Of a stretch of DNA of 64,000 nucleotides, positions 13,387 to 28,040 are shown piece after piece. This DNA is from Octopus sinensis (Eukaryota), in the NCBI RefSeq assembly GCF_006345805.1, contig NC_042998.1, forward strand, positions 123,194,001-123,258,000, in the 5' to 3' direction. Within the stretch, counting starts at the first letter, position 1. Each line of letters begins with the position of its first letter. The notes beneath the pieces were generated by a model. It worked only from the letters and a program-made list of their open reading frames with translations. It did not search any database and was not told the DNA's origin. The position numbers and the translations under genes were made by a program.

Positions 13387-16149
13387 CATTGTAGGTGTGT
13401 ATATTGTCTCTAAATCTAAGCACGAGAGTAGTGAATTACTTTCAGGTCTTGACTGAAGAAGTGTCTCATAGGATGTGATGTATTTTCTCTCCACGAAGTT
13501 ATCTAATAGTGATGAAGTGGAGTCATCTGAAATGAGTTCATATACACTTTTTAGATTTCACTTTAATATAATCATAATACGAGTGTAGCTATCTTCTGTG
13601 ATGTACAAAAGTTATGCGTCTCCTCCTGATTTTTCAATTAGTGTTAAAACTATTACCTTTTATTGATTTAATGAGAAAGATTTCAACCAAATTAATAAAC
13701 CATACATATTATCAATCACTTACTGTCTATTCAAACATAATTAGATTAGAATACATTAACTGTAACAAACAGAGAGGAAGAAGGGAGTGAGTAAGAGACT
13801 ATTTATGCAGTTGTATTTGTCTTCAACACAAATGTATTTACATGTATAATTCTGAATATATGTTGCATGAGAGTCTTAGATATTCTAATATCTGTACTAA
13901 CTCTGATATTAAGGACATTCAGAGAGTATGATGTAAAAGAACATGGGGTTTCGTTTGAGCTTATTACCAGTATAAATTCATATTAAAATTACCTGTTAAA
14001 GGTGTGCATGTTCATCTTTTCCTGATTCACAGTAGCACATAATGTGGTTCATGTATCTGTGGATAGCATAAAAAGTGTACTACACGTAAAGTTTTATAGA
14101 AACGTCTTGAACCCATTCCTATTATTTACATTGAGTTAGGAAGTGTAGAATTTAACATTAGTAAATGTATTTCCTCGATATATCGCAGCTCATATGAAAC
14201 AAATGCCCACGCGCTTATAAATATTAATCTCAATCACTAAGGAAACATGGCTGTAATGTGTTGGTTGTTGCAGAAATTTAACCAAAGATAAAAGAAAAAC
14301 TTTAAAATATAGGTATAGTCAGTGTCTGTATTTGTACGGTCAATGTTTGACCACCAAACAAAAGAAACTACATAAAATTGCGAATGAAAATTCTTTCGTG
14401 GCATCGTCGTATTACTTGTAAAATAGAGAAAATATCATTTAGAGAATATATAGATTCACATTATGAGTTTCTAATTTGTTGTTAATCTTTATCCGTAGGT
14501 CATACATAATTATACAAGCGCATGATTGAACGGATCTATGATAAAATATGTTCCATCCTTGAAATCATGTAGTTCATAAATATATATGAATAAACTATCA
14601 AATGTTTCCTTCCTGTATAAGGACGATAGACTGCCATTTGACAAGATAAATTTGCAGCTGATATTCCTAGTTGTCTCAGCAACAGCGTAGCGGCTTCCAT
14701 TCTCATGCGTAGGAGAAATCACATTGAGCTATGTCTGTATTCAATTGCAACGCCATAAATCAGAAAATTTGCGTTGGTCTGAGGTGCGAACATCAACGCC
14801 ATTTACTGGTAACGCACGCTCGCTATACGCTTATCAGCTCAGTGCAACATTCTTTCTTCATCCATTATCCCAGTCTAAAGTATGCTTCTCATCAAGCGTT
14901 TTGCATAGAGGTGCAATGCAAAAATGTAAAACCATATACAGATATACTGAATTATAATGCATTCCTGTTTATATCATTCTCAACAACATTTTTTCCCCAA
15001 TAATATTTGATAAGAAACAGTGACATATATATTCGTAGAGTGTAACTATTGTCATCTGAGTATTTTTTAGAACATACTCACGCTTAATGTAAAGGACTAC
15101 GAGTAAGTCGAGGCAAAATGCATCGATGGAATGTTAGAAATAAGAAACGAGAGCAATGAAGCAAGATATTGAACTAATGTATTTATGTCCGATGTTTTAT
15201 TGTCCCTACTACCTTCGATATATTGTTACAGTATCATAAGTTCAAATATTCTGGTGGTTATGGCAGCCTTTCAGCAATTTAGTGGTCGATATAATAAGTG
15301 GCATTACTGTGAAGGAAAACATGTATATGTGCTCGGCTAAGTTTGGCATATATTAGAGTTGCCTCTTATTTGATCGACGACATATGTGTTAAAGGTCAGC
15401 TGATCAGAAATAACCAAACGCAGGCAACAACATATTTATATATATACACACACACATATATATATACTCTTACACACACGCACACGTGTGTGTGTGTTTC
15501 TGCGTATGTATGAATATCTGAGTGTATGGAGTAAGCTCATTAATAGTTTATTCTCTTGACACTTTCATATGTATTTCTGTGAACAGGAAAGCAATATTTC
15601 TATGTGTGTCAGATTCTATATTAATTTGCATTTGTTTTTTGGTACCATTTATACAAATACTCTAATATATATTTTTCACCTTTATATTAATATGGTGTAG
15701 CCACTATAGATTTGTACTATTATGTGTGATATATTTCAGTAATTCAAAAGTACAGACAAGTAGGTTCATATTTCATTTGCGTCGGTTTTTACATATAATT
15801 ATGTACAATATACACTTGAAAACGAAATGCGAACACTCACTCACTGACGTAGGAAACTATCACGGAGTGGTTACTCGGAAAACTTTTAATTCCGCCTGAA
15901 GCATATTTTACTAACACATATTGAGCACTTTAACCATAACTAAGGAAATAATTCTGAGTCACAGTTTACTGCGTCTCTTATTCAATACATACCTTCAACA
16001 CTCAATTCCCGATGAAATGTTTCCCTCTAGGCCAGAAATGCATTATGCTTTTCTGATGTTACAATCAAAAAGATCTAGACATTTTTGGAAAAAGGGGAGC
16101 TTCAAATATGGCATTGGCAATATTTGAGTTGCATACTAAATTTACAAAA

Positions 16150-17930
16150 TCGAATCAGAGTATTTTCGAATCACTTGGAATAATATGAAAATAAGGCACC
16201 ATAAAACAGGAATGGTGCTGAGTATAGAGTCTGCTGGTGTTTAAAGACTACTCCATCTGACACATCCAATTGTAGACTACGTTATGGAGTGCTAGCTAGA
16301 ATGCGAACGTGCTTACAGATGCATTTAAAGACACACCAATTCAGGACCATTCGATCTCAAAATTCTCAGTATACCTTGAGCATATCTGTGATTTAATGAT
16401 TTATTAATCCTATTCTGAAGGAAAGACAATGTCTCAGTGTTGTTTGGCATGAACTGGTAAATGCACATCTTCCCAATGAAATTATGCACACTGTATTATA
16501 AGATGTGTGAGGTGAACATACTCACCCTTAACATTGCTTGCAACGTTATTAATGGGATTTACCACCCTATTATGATTAGGTGTGCCATCTTTGAGTTACT
16601 TATCTTTATACATATAAATGTGGTATTGGAAGATGCTCGGAAAGAATGAATATCACAACTCGCTGGCGGTCTATTATTGCTGCATTATCCTAGAATTACT
16701 ACCTATGTGGAAATACGAAGAGAATCAAATATTCTCCCAGCTCTGTTCGATCAATTGATATTGTAATGGTTACTGTAAAACAACAAAAAGAGTGGTAATC
16801 TATCAAAGGCGCATGGTCAGATTTCGGAAATCTCCCTTATAAGTGGAGGAAAATTGAATCCAACAGATAGAGAGGAGAACTCTAAAATCGTCGACTTTGT
16901 CCAAGTAGGACCCTTAAATTAATAGCAAATTCACACAGAGTATAGCTACCATTGAAAACTGCTGTTTACTGCAGAATTTGAAGGCTTGATTTTCTAATTA
17001 TTGGGGGTAGGGTTTAAAGCAGTGAAAGCAGCTATGGGATTCATGGAGCACACTGTGTATATGGCCACAGTTAACATTGATGACCGAAATAAAACATAGT
17101 GTGTTAAAACCCGTTAATGAAACTATAAACTGTGATAAATGAGTTACAGGGGATAAGAGTTGGATAGTGATGAATCTGGAATGAATATCGTCATATTCAA
17201 GAGGATAATCGTCCGACTAAAGCACTGTTGTTAGGAAGACAACCGAGCAAAGGAAGCTGTAGTTGAGTATGTTTTGGATAACGAAACCAGACAAGATATA
17301 ATTTGTCCTCAATGTTTTTTGCACAGAAAGCTTTCATTCCCGGCTAATATAAAAAATATGATTAGGGTAGCATTGCTGATTGCCATAAGTACAAAAGTAA
17401 AATATCTGTTCATCTCCATTCACATGTTCATGAAGTATACATTCATCCCTGGCACTGTATGCCTAGAGGCATAACCATGTCTTCAATATCCTTGATCTAA
17501 AATAACAATCCGGTAATATCAATGGAATGGAAGTCAATTCTAAGTTGTGTCGTATGATTCCAAAAAGGTGACGAATTGCGATGTAAGAACATAAGCAATA
17601 GATATAGAGACGCATATTTCTGTATGGTGGTAATGATTGAAAGAGACACTTGTGTTTCCAGACCACATTGTAGTAGCGAAATAAAAACTGACCTTATAGT
17701 GTGGTCTGAGGATATGAAGGGAGGGTTCTAGAAGGCCTTGGTGAATGAGAATTGACGACAAAAGATGTATTGCTTCCACTGGAGGTGAAATGTCTTGAGT
17801 GTGTTCCGCGAAGTCTTAGGCATTTGGAACATTGGAGTTAGGAAGGACAACAGACAAGTTATTCGGGAATCTTCTACATGATTATACCTAAGGCTTGTGA
17901 TTGAAAGGCAAGCGTCAACGACTAAGAGAC
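16150..17930 (+). pseudogene. Possible highly decayed Ty3/gypsy pol remnant
   Basis: Scattered, frame-broken echoes in RNase H-integrase order (ERQCLSVV, IWPQ, ERQASTTK); weak. Confidence 0.25.
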
Positions 17931-18186
17931 CATATCACTTGTTACATGACTGTATTGGTTACAGATTTATTTAGTTTAGTGCAATTGACGTATGGATAGC
18001 ATAAGGAAAGAAAATTATCATGCTTCCGTGTGGGGCTAAATCATCGGAAATTCATTGATGGCATTTATGCTATTTTCTATTTGTAAATCGTGTGATCTTC
18101 GTGGACACCTCATCCAAGAAAGTGTTCCGATTACAAGTTGAATGCAAGGTGTATGAATACATTGACGCACACAAACATACACACAC

Positions 18187-18232
<46 letters not shown>

Positions 18233-18857
18233 TTGTGTGTGTAGGTAATATATGTATGTATTCACTATTTATATATATGAGCGCTTGTATGTGTGTGTGC
18301 TTGTGTGTGCGTCTGTGGGGGTGTGGGCGTGTGTGTGTGAGTGTTTGTGCATACATGATAAGTCTATGTGTTAGTAAACATTTTCTATAAATTCAATATT
18401 GCTTCAGTTGAATATTTCTTTATTCAAAGAAACCTTTCAATATTTTTCATGTCGAGAAGTTTTATACCAATGTTAAACTATTAATTTATTTTTCTGTTTT
18501 CGTTTATTAAATTATAATATAATTTCGAATTCAACAAGATTTAGTGATGTAAAATTTAGAACTGTTTTGTTGTGAAGTAATATATTTCTCTCAATATGAA
18601 TACAGAAAGCATTGCAAAAGAACTATACAAAAAATACAAAACGAAGATAAATATTTTCGCAAGGAGCAGCAACATTTGACACAGAAACGAATTTTCTTCT
18701 TCCATCAAATATTTCTTTTTAATATTGCTAAAATTTAACTGGTAGAAAACCTGATTTTCAGTGATTTATTAGCTTCCTGTGTGACGTTTGATGAGAAATA
18801 TATATATATACGTGTGTTGTGTGTGCATATATAAGTATATGTATATATATTTGTATA

Positions 18858-18924
<67 letters not shown>

Positions 18925-18942
18925 TATATATATATGTATATA

Positions 18943-19011
<69 letters not shown>

Positions 19012-19194
19012 TATATATATATGAATATATGAATATATAAATGCATATATGGGTACAGGACATAAAACAAAACGTTGAAAACAATTAGAAACGAATACAC
19101 AAAGCAAGATGTATGTATATATATGCATATGTTTATATATTATATTATTATATGATCGAACGCCTCGCATCCTCTTCCAAGTCAGTTTTACCTG

Positions 19195-19260
<66 letters not shown>

Positions 19261-19280
19261 ACATAGATACATAGATAGAT

Positions 19281-20000
19281 AACTTAGATATGTTTCAATC
19301 TAAGATTAGTCCAGAGCATGTCTTATATAATAGCACCACCTGATAGGATTAGCTAAATCCTTTAAATGTCAACTTTTGTAGTACCATGCTCCTTTGGCAT
19401 AAGGAGTTCTTGTTGAGTAAGTTGTATCCAGGTATAGGTAGCTTATCGGGTATTCCTTGAAGAAGTTCGTCCAGATTCTGTTTAAAGGTGATGTGTTTGT
19501 TCCTCTTTGATCTGTTTCGGGACAACTTTAAATAGGGTAAAAAAAGAAATTGTGTTGCATCGATGTGGTGTAAGAGCCGTGTTAGACGTTCCTTGCCGCA
19601 GTGAAAGCTATCCTGAATTGAATTTAGGCGATTTGTAGCTCTCCAGGAAGCCAGCTATACTTGATCTCACCACTCTTTCAAACACGTAAATGATACGAGA
19701 GGTGAGTAAGATTGGGCAATAGTTGACATAAAGGGATCTGTTTCCATGTTTGGAAACCGGGATGACAGACTGGAATAAGAGCGGTTTCGGTGTATAATCT
19801 GAATCTAAAGAATTTCTCCGGGGGTTGGTTAGAGGGACTGCAAGTTCGTGTCTACATTTCTTCAGGAGACTAGCGGGGAATCTATCAGGGTCTACGGCTG
19901 TAGTCTCTGACCTCATTTATTTGCTGCTATGATGTCTGAAGCCGTAAAGGTTATGCCTGTGACTATATGTTGAGGATCAACTTCTTTCTCATCCCTTACG
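19281..20000 (-). mobile_element. CR1-like LINE remnant (RT N-terminal part fused by deletion to the 3' end)
   Basis: DPDRFPASLLKKCRHELAVPL, NYCPILLTS; 3' end homologous to 42566-42800. Confidence 0.85.
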
Positions 20001-20143
20001 ACAATATCAGTGGGATCACTAAAGACTTATATATGTATGCTTGTATGTATGTATGTATGTATGTATGTATGTATGTATGTATGTATCTATGTATCTATGT
20101 ATGTATGTATGTATTTATGTATGAATGTAAGCATATCTCGTCT

Positions 20144-22400
20144 GCTGTCATGGAGTCAACAGATTACCACACACAATCGTGCCAGCGCTACATAAGGTAA
20201 GACAAACTTCCATCCAAAGAGATCAAAGAATAAAGAAATATCCCAAGGGTAAAACATCGCAGATCATATCCACCAAAACGAAAATATAATGATGTAGTGC
20301 GCACCAATTACAACAGCCAGATCGATCACGATGCCGTGATACAGACTTCAATTGAACAACAATCTTTTGTATGCATGGCACAAAATCTTGTTCAGCAACC
20401 GACCTGACCACGTCAATTTCAGAGTCGGTGCCATCCCCACTTCCATTCAAGAACACCACAATGAATGGATCCAAAGTAACCATCACTGGCAGCAGCACAG
20501 ATGTCACATCGATATCCCTAATAAACAATAGAGGACAGTTACAACTCAGTAACAGAACCAAAATTATCTTCAGGAGAAACATTGTCCCAAAGAATCAATC
20601 TTTTTCTATAACAGTCACTGAAACGCAGCTAAAACGCGACTTCGTATATTTAGATATACATATATCAACGCTTGAAAACGACAGCAAAGACACGAGTCAT
20701 AGTGGAGTTGCTATATATTTCCGTGAAAAACACACGTACCAGATCCCTTTGGGATACTCAAACTCGATGTGTAGCACACAAATTGTAAATAAAAGGCAAC
20801 TAGATATAGTTATATGTACTATTTATTGTCTACATGATGCTCCAAATCACAAGGGCCTACTTGAAGAATTCTTTGCAATTTGGAATAACACATCAGTGGG
20901 AGATCTCAACCTCCCCAACATAGGATGACCTGAGGGCATATTCCTCTCTGGAATGTTGTGATGCGAAGAAAGGCAGGTCGAATACCTGTTCAACCTCGTC
21001 CACACGTTTACATGGCGCAAGTATTAGTCAAACCAACTAACCAGGGCAATTAATCTTCTTGATTTCTACTTTACAAACAATATGGTCACTTATAATGTAA
21101 AAGTAACACCGACGCCAGTCTCCTGATCACAATATAATAGGGCTAACCATGTGTGGGCCAAAGGAATTCATTGACATGCAGTCTAATGAAAAGTACCCAA
21201 AATCTACTGAATCTGAACTTCCGTAAAGCAGAATGGAAATCGATTAAGAAAGAGATCACCAGACAGCACTGGCCTCAATGTCTCTACACACCTGACACCG
21301 ACAGGAAACTCAAGGAATTTATGTTCGCATTAAAAACCATTGTCCCAAATAGAAAAGTCACTGTACATAAGAACAAAATTCCCAAGGAGACGTAAGTTCT
21401 TATGAGACGGCGTATAAAATTTGGAAACCTGTTAGACAGAGAATCCAGTGGCAATGGAAAGTCTCGCCTCAAAACAACACTGTAGGAGACTGCAAAAAAT
21501 CTGCCCGGGTGGATTCCCGGTAATCCTTCTCAAATCATGCAAATAAGCCCTTGCAAAACCACTGCAGCTTCTTTTTCGAAGCTTCATAGCAAGTGATAAA
21601 CTTCCAGGCAAATTAAAGGAGGGAATGATATGTCCTATCCGTAAAGGAGAAAGCAGAGCAGATGCTAAAAACTATAGGCCAATCTCTCTGACGTCAGCAA
21701 CGTCATGGGACAAATAGTCATGGAACAAAAGAAACTAATTGCGTTCTTTGAAGAGAATGACTTGCTGACTGACACCCAACATGGTTTTCGACCAGCTAGT
21801 TGTAGCTTGATACAGCTCTTTCAGCACTATGAGTGAGTGTTGAAGCAGGTGCTCAACAACCCAAACGTGGGTGTGATATATCTCGACTTTGCAAAATCCT
21901 TTGATAAAGTCGTCCATCTTGTGACGATACCATAAGCGAAGTAGTCGGAAAACTTGAGGGGTGGCTACACGACTTCTTAAAGGATAGAAATCAGGTAGTA
22001 GCAGCTAACAGGGCTACTCCCAACGAAGCATAAATAATGAGTGGTGCCCCACTGAGCTCTGTCTTACGATAACTGAAGTGCAGTTTAATGCTGAAAAATT
22101 CCAAACCCTGTGCTACATGCAATGAATACGATTGAAATGCAGGAAGGATACACTGGAACAGGAGCGAGTGCAATCCCTGAAGTAAACTAAGTACGGAACC
22201 AAGGCATTAATATGATTGGTGATAATTCTTTCAAAGTGTATATTTCTGAGTTGGCAATAGAATATAAGATGCTGGCACGATGGCTACTTAGAACTTTCAG
22301 AACGAGACAGCAGGAAACCATAACAGTCCTTTGGAGGGTATAAACTCTTAACCATTTAGAATATTGCTCCCAACTATAGACACCACACTATAAAATTAAC
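20144..22400 (+). mobile_element. Decayed CR1-like LINE (APE endonuclease and RT remnants)
   Basis: VTET, HSGVAIY, GDLNLP, LNFRKAEW, NYRPISLT, QHGFRP, IYLDFAKSFDKV motifs across frameshifts. Confidence 0.85.
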
Positions 22401-22771
22401 GGTGTTTTATGTGTTTCAGCCTAAAAGATGTAACCATTATCATGTGATTGGAATTTGATAAAAGCGTAAGTTTCATATTGCTGTTTAATGTTGGAATACT
22501 TGCCGTGATGTAGATTCATTTGGAATCTTGGACAGTAGAATATCAGACGAAAGTCTTGTAGTATTTTGTCTTCATACTAGACGGGATGGTTGGGACCAAT
22601 GAAACATTATAGTGGCGTTCTGCTCGGGGGCGGAAATACAAAGCTATACAAATGATAAAAAAATAATTGCCAAAATTAAATTAATCGAATTAAAAATCAT
22701 AAGTATAAAATACAAAATTAACCAACAAAGTAAATGAATGGAAATAAAAAAAATATCAAAAATATATAATA

Positions 22772-23881
22772 CTAGCAGCATAGCCCGGCGTTGCCCGGGT
22801 ATGTAAGAGCCCCTAGTAGGCAACGACTAATCCCAATCTAGTCCTTTCCTTCTAGTGAACGAAGGCGCATGTGTAGGTTGCAATGTCTTCTCTTCACTCC
22901 CAAATAACTATCAAACAGCTATCGATAATTCAACCCAACCAATTCCTACCAGGAAAAAATTACATTCGAGACTTTACCCCCAACTTCTGCAAATAGCTGC
23001 TGCAGCTGCAAGTTATTCGAATACTTTTTTGTTTAAACTTTCTTTATAACTACCACCCCAAACGTTTTACCTTCAATTTTTGACGTACCCTAAGGGTCCT
23101 CGGACGCTACTTACACACTCTTGGTTTATTATAAACCGCTTTTGTCGTGTGCACCAAAAAACCTTTTCCATTCGTTTGTTCACTTTTGACTTTTTCGTTG
23201 TTGTCACTCACATTGCTGCCCTTTTTGTACATTTTTATACATTTTGGGATACTTACCGCACGTGTTCCGAAAGTTAAAAATGTCGAGTTGCGTCCCCTAG
23301 ACAGTCTGTGGTTTGTGTTTAATACACAAATCGGTTTGCTATGTGTGCCACTTATGATTTAATTAACCGATTTTTTTCCAGTAATAAAGTCTCCTATTGG
23401 AATGAAAAGGGCCATATAGCTCCTTGGAGCAGACATGATGCTCGCTGCCAATTTGTGAAAGATGTCGAAAATATGTCATCTTGAATTTGAACGCGATTTC
23501 CCAAAATGGCATGATTTTATCGATTTTTTCTGATGGTAAGGTATTGCATGGAAAACTAACGTCAGAATTAAGTTTTTTAGGGTAACATTAAGCTTCACCA
23601 TGAGTTTGGTTAAAATCGATTGCAAGTTGCGAAAACTACAACAGAAAATGTGTTGCATATAAAAAGCTTAGATTCTCGACCCCATGTCGAATTTATCAAT
23701 TTCTTTCAGAACTGGGGGAACTTTTCAAACTTGTCGCTACGTTAGTTTTGAATTATGACATTGGGCTATGTGTGTGTCAAGTTTCCTCAGAATTGGTTGA
23801 AAGCCGTGGTCAGGGTGAGGGTACAACCTGACAGACACACAGACACACAGACACACAAACTGCCGTTTATATAGAGAGAGA
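22772..23881 (-). mobile_element. Non-autonomous Helitron with both termini
   Basis: Minus strand A|TCTCTCTCTATATAAACGG ... CCCGGGCAACGCCGGG hairpin ... CTAG|T; exact AT target. Confidence 0.9.
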
Positions 23882-24897
23882 TAAACAAAGCCTTTATTTA
23901 GTCCATTCTTAAGCAAAGGTATATCTTGACTTTTATGAAGACAAATGTATGCCCTTAGATTATAATATAGCAAATATATGAACTAGAAGAATTCCTTATC
24001 TCTTGTGTCCGTTAGCGTTCACATTCAAAGGAAAGCATTTGCGCATGGTCCCGGCGTTGCTATGGCTAGACGTAACTATAAAATAGAACTGTTTACCACA
24101 ACGTAATTATAATGATGACCCTGCAAAACCCAGTTATTGGATGAATAACGTGTATTTCCACTGTGGCATCATTATACGTATACGAACATACGATATGTAG
24201 AAATAAGTAGGTTTAAACGAACAAACCCACTAAGGTTACACCGTCGTCATTTCTTTCATTGTGTGTACACACGAAACTCTGATTAGATTGATATAAATTG
24301 AGAAATATTACGCAACAGCGTAAATTATTGTTGGAGTGGCATGTGGAAGTGCAAATTCCTTAGAGCAAAAACTGAGAAAATGTTTAGAAAGATATATGTA
24401 TGTACATTTCTTTAGTTAATTGTGAATCGTTAGATTGCTTCTAATTTTCTAGCTAACCTTTATATTAGCAGCTTCGCTTGAATAACTATAATGGATTATT
24501 ATGACATAAAAACTTTCTGGTTTTTGTGTCTGTATACCATATTTTTCTGCAACATATTTACACCATATATTTAGTGTAGCGTTTCTGTGCAATGTATTCA
24601 TTTGTAGTTTGCAATTTTAAAACTAGCGTGTTGAAGTGAATATATATATTTCTTTATATTTTAAAATCTAGCTAATTAGAGGTAATGAAACGATGCAGAC
24701 TATTTTTTGAAGATAGGAAATTTAACCTAATGTACTAGGGGAAATTTGAATATGTAATCGAAGTTCAAAGACAACGCAACTTCACAATCACTTGAAACAG
24801 AGGTATATTTGAGGTAGATGGACTTGTTCAGAAAGTCCACAATGAAAGTTCCAGAAAACGCGAATATCGACGAACTTCCCAAACCAAAGTGTACTAG

Positions 24898-25496
24898 AAA
24901 TGCAAGATTATTACCAGTTAAATATGTTTGGGGTATGTTCAAACCAGTAAGAAATCCATTCACTGTCATTTGTCATGGAGGAATTTTCTTTTTGTAGACA
25001 AATGGTGTAAATACACCAACGCCACCTACCCAGACTGTGAGATGCAAGCATTTAAGTGAGGTTATCACATTTCAGTCACAGAAACTAGACAGGGTGTGCT
25101 GCGAGATTGTTTCTCTTTATGACATCCCAGTCATCGTACAATGACTGATAGCGATAATCGGCGGCTCACCGTAAACAAATTGGGCGGAGGCAGCGTTAAG
25201 CACTGAAATGTATAAATGCGCTACCAGTCATTGTACGATGACTGGGATACAAGATAGACGATTTCCATTGCCAGCTTGCAGCGTATCCTGTTCCGTTCCA
25301 GTAACTGAAGAGGAGATAAGTTCTCCGAAATGCTTTCACCACACAGTCTGGGTTGATGGCGTTGTCAGCTGAGTTTGGTGTATTTACGCCATTTGTCTAA
25401 AGCGAGAAATTTTCTCCATAACAAAACTCATTGAATAGCTTGCTTACTAGTTCGATCATGCCCCAAGTATACAGAATTGGTAATAATATTGCATTT
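24898..25496. mobile_element. Foldback MITE with ~255-275-bp diverged arms
   Basis: 24898-25152 is the reverse complement of 25219-25496 throughout; perfect 24-bp inner match 25124-25147 / 25225-25248. Confidence 0.8.
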
Positions 25497-26125
25497 ATAC
25501 ATATAACTGCTTGGTGCTGCCACGATGTACTAGAAATATATGACCAGTGTTCAATAGCAACAAACCAATATTATAAAATAAGGCAACGAGATACACAACC
25601 ACAATAACGACATACATAAATATGCAGAGAAATGTGCATGCAAATACACTCAACGTAGCAATGCATACATATATACTATTTTCTGTATTCTGGTGTCAGT
25701 ATGTGCACACACTAAATCTCAAATATTTAGTCATATACACTAATAGCACAAACACACACATGCATATATACACACGTGTACTCATACTCGCGCGTTATTC
25801 ATTATGTTACTCATACAGGTATTAAACATTATACCTTCTCTTTCACTTTCAGTTATCTTAAAGAAATGCATGCTATCCTTTTCAAGTATCACCTAACGGG
25901 TTTGCATATATTTCTCTGTTACACCCGTTTTTGTTCTTCTCGACACTTTCACCTCTTTGCGTTTCAGAAGATGAACTTAAGTTCAAAATATTAATGACAT
26001 TTGTAATTTGTTGCCCCTCATTGATCTTAATCTTAATATTTATACGATGTCCTTGGTTTCTGACATTCGTATCGTTATTCTCGTGGTGTCTTGTGCACGG
26101 TTGTATTTACTTTTTGTCTTCCACT

Positions 26126-26162
<37 letters not shown>

Positions 26163-26481
26163 AACATACACACACTACTCTCTGTTTTTTCTTTCCCCCT
26201 CTGTCCCACATGCATGTGAATATATAAAACAACACGAAAACACTAATACAGCTTCGTATATTGATTCAATCAGATGTACGACCCAAGTGATCCAAAAGAT
26301 AGCAAAATTATGACTTGACAAAATTGTGCAGAGAAATATACATACTAATAAAAAACATGATATAATTTATCGTCTCGGTTATTTTGTTGGTTTGTTCGAA
26401 AAAGAAACACACACACACACACACACACTATATATTCATTCTTCACTAGTTTATTACTGTTCTAATTTTATATCTATTGTC

Positions 26482-26520
26482 TTGAAATTTTTCGTCATAG
26501 AACTATGACCTCGTCAGCGA
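26482..26520 (-). ncRNA. Degenerate minimal hammerhead motif
   Basis: TCG-CTGACGA-G-GTCATAG-TT-CTATGAC-GAAAAATTT-CAA: intact core and stem II, eroded stem I. Confidence 0.4.
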
Positions 26521-26579
26521 TTTTCCATCCCACGTGTCATCCCTTTAGTCCATAGAAAATGGAGGAAACAGAACAAGAG

Positions 26580-26625
<46 letters not shown>

Positions 26626-26786
26626 TAAGGGTAGAAATTGATATTTATCAATTAAGACCAGTGGTCTAGCATATTAAAGGTAAAGGCATTTGAAAGATAT
26701 ATTCAAATGTAATAGGCTGAACTCCATGCACGCGATATTTCGGTATCGTGTTTGCATCTAGTCCAGAAAATTGCATTTATAACGGA

Positions 26787-26850
26787 CCATGCTGATGATG
26801 GCTGCAGTTTTCCTTGCGGAAAATAACAGCCGAAACTAATTAGTACATGG
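26787..26850 (+). ncRNA. Type I hammerhead ribozyme
   Basis: CCATG-CTGATGA-T-GGCTG..(TTTTCC/GGAAAA)..CAGCC-GAAAC-TAATTA-GTA-CATGG; predicted cut after 26845. Confidence 0.88.
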
Positions 26851-27292
26851 GTAATTATTTTATTTCGTATATTTTTCACTTGTTTATTGCTATGGTTTTG
26901 TGCTGAGTTTGATCTGAGAACATAATCTTTTGTGGTGAATGGCGATTTGACGTCTATATCTAGCATGTTGACTGTCCACTTTTCGTGTCCAGTCCTTAAT
27001 TGGTATATATAAATATTTTAATCTTCGGATTCTTTTTTAATATGCTAGACCACTGGTCTTAATTGATAAATATCAATTTCTACCCTTAATTAATTTTATA
27101 TAAATAAATATGTTCTCTAACCGATAAATTGACTGCTGCTAATTATTAGCTGCAGGCTAGTTTTCTCGGGCCTCAACGCGCCAAGGTAAAGGCATTTGAA
27201 AGATATATTCAAATGTAATAGGCTGAACTCCATGCACGCGATATTTCGGTATCGTGTTTGCATCTAGTCCAGCAAATTGCATTTATAACGGA

Positions 27293-27356
27293 CCATGCTG
27301 ATGATGGCTGCAGTTTTCCTTGCGGAAAATAACAGCCGAAACTAATTAGTACATGG
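27293..27356 (+). ncRNA. Type I hammerhead ribozyme (identical second copy)
   Basis: Same motif 506 nt downstream; predicted cut after 27351. Confidence 0.88.
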
Positions 27357-27669
27357 GTAATTATTTTATTTCGTATATTTTTCACTTGTTTATTGCTATG
27401 GTTTTGTGCTGAGTTTGATCTGAGAACATAATCTTTTGTGGTGAATGGCGATTTGACGTCTATATCTAGCATGTTGACTGTCCACTTTTCGTGTTCAGTC
27501 CTTAATTGGTATATATATATATATATATATATACAAACGTATACGCACACACACACATATATGTATATACATATATATATATATAAATAGATGTATATAC
27601 ATATATATATATATATATGTATATATATATTTATATGTATGTATATATAAATATACATATATATATATG

Positions 27670-27754
<85 letters not shown>

Positions 27755-27916
27755 GTATATATATATATATTTATTTACATAAACATATATACGTACATAC
27801 ACATGCATAAATATTCATATATTCATGAATCTTTTGTGAGTCTGCACCTATCTATCAATCTGTCTATCTATCAATTTATATATCTATCTGTCTATCTATC
27901 TATCTATCTATCTATA

Positions 27917-28040
<124 letters not shown>

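Larger units (their letters stand above)
26612..27517 (+). mobile_element. HHR-bearing partial tandem (506-bp period) with inverted 5' piece; retrozyme or PLE pseudo-LTR-like
   Basis: 26677-27011 repeats at 27183-27517 (2 substitutions seen); 26612-26678 is the reverse complement of 27036-27102; flanked by (TA)n. Confidence 0.85.

Noticed and set aside
26703-26966. Duplicated 87-aa minus-strand ORF ([10 protein letters not shown]...)
   Set aside because: Antisense to the HHR unit, no recognisable motif, not present in the related 535-bp unit
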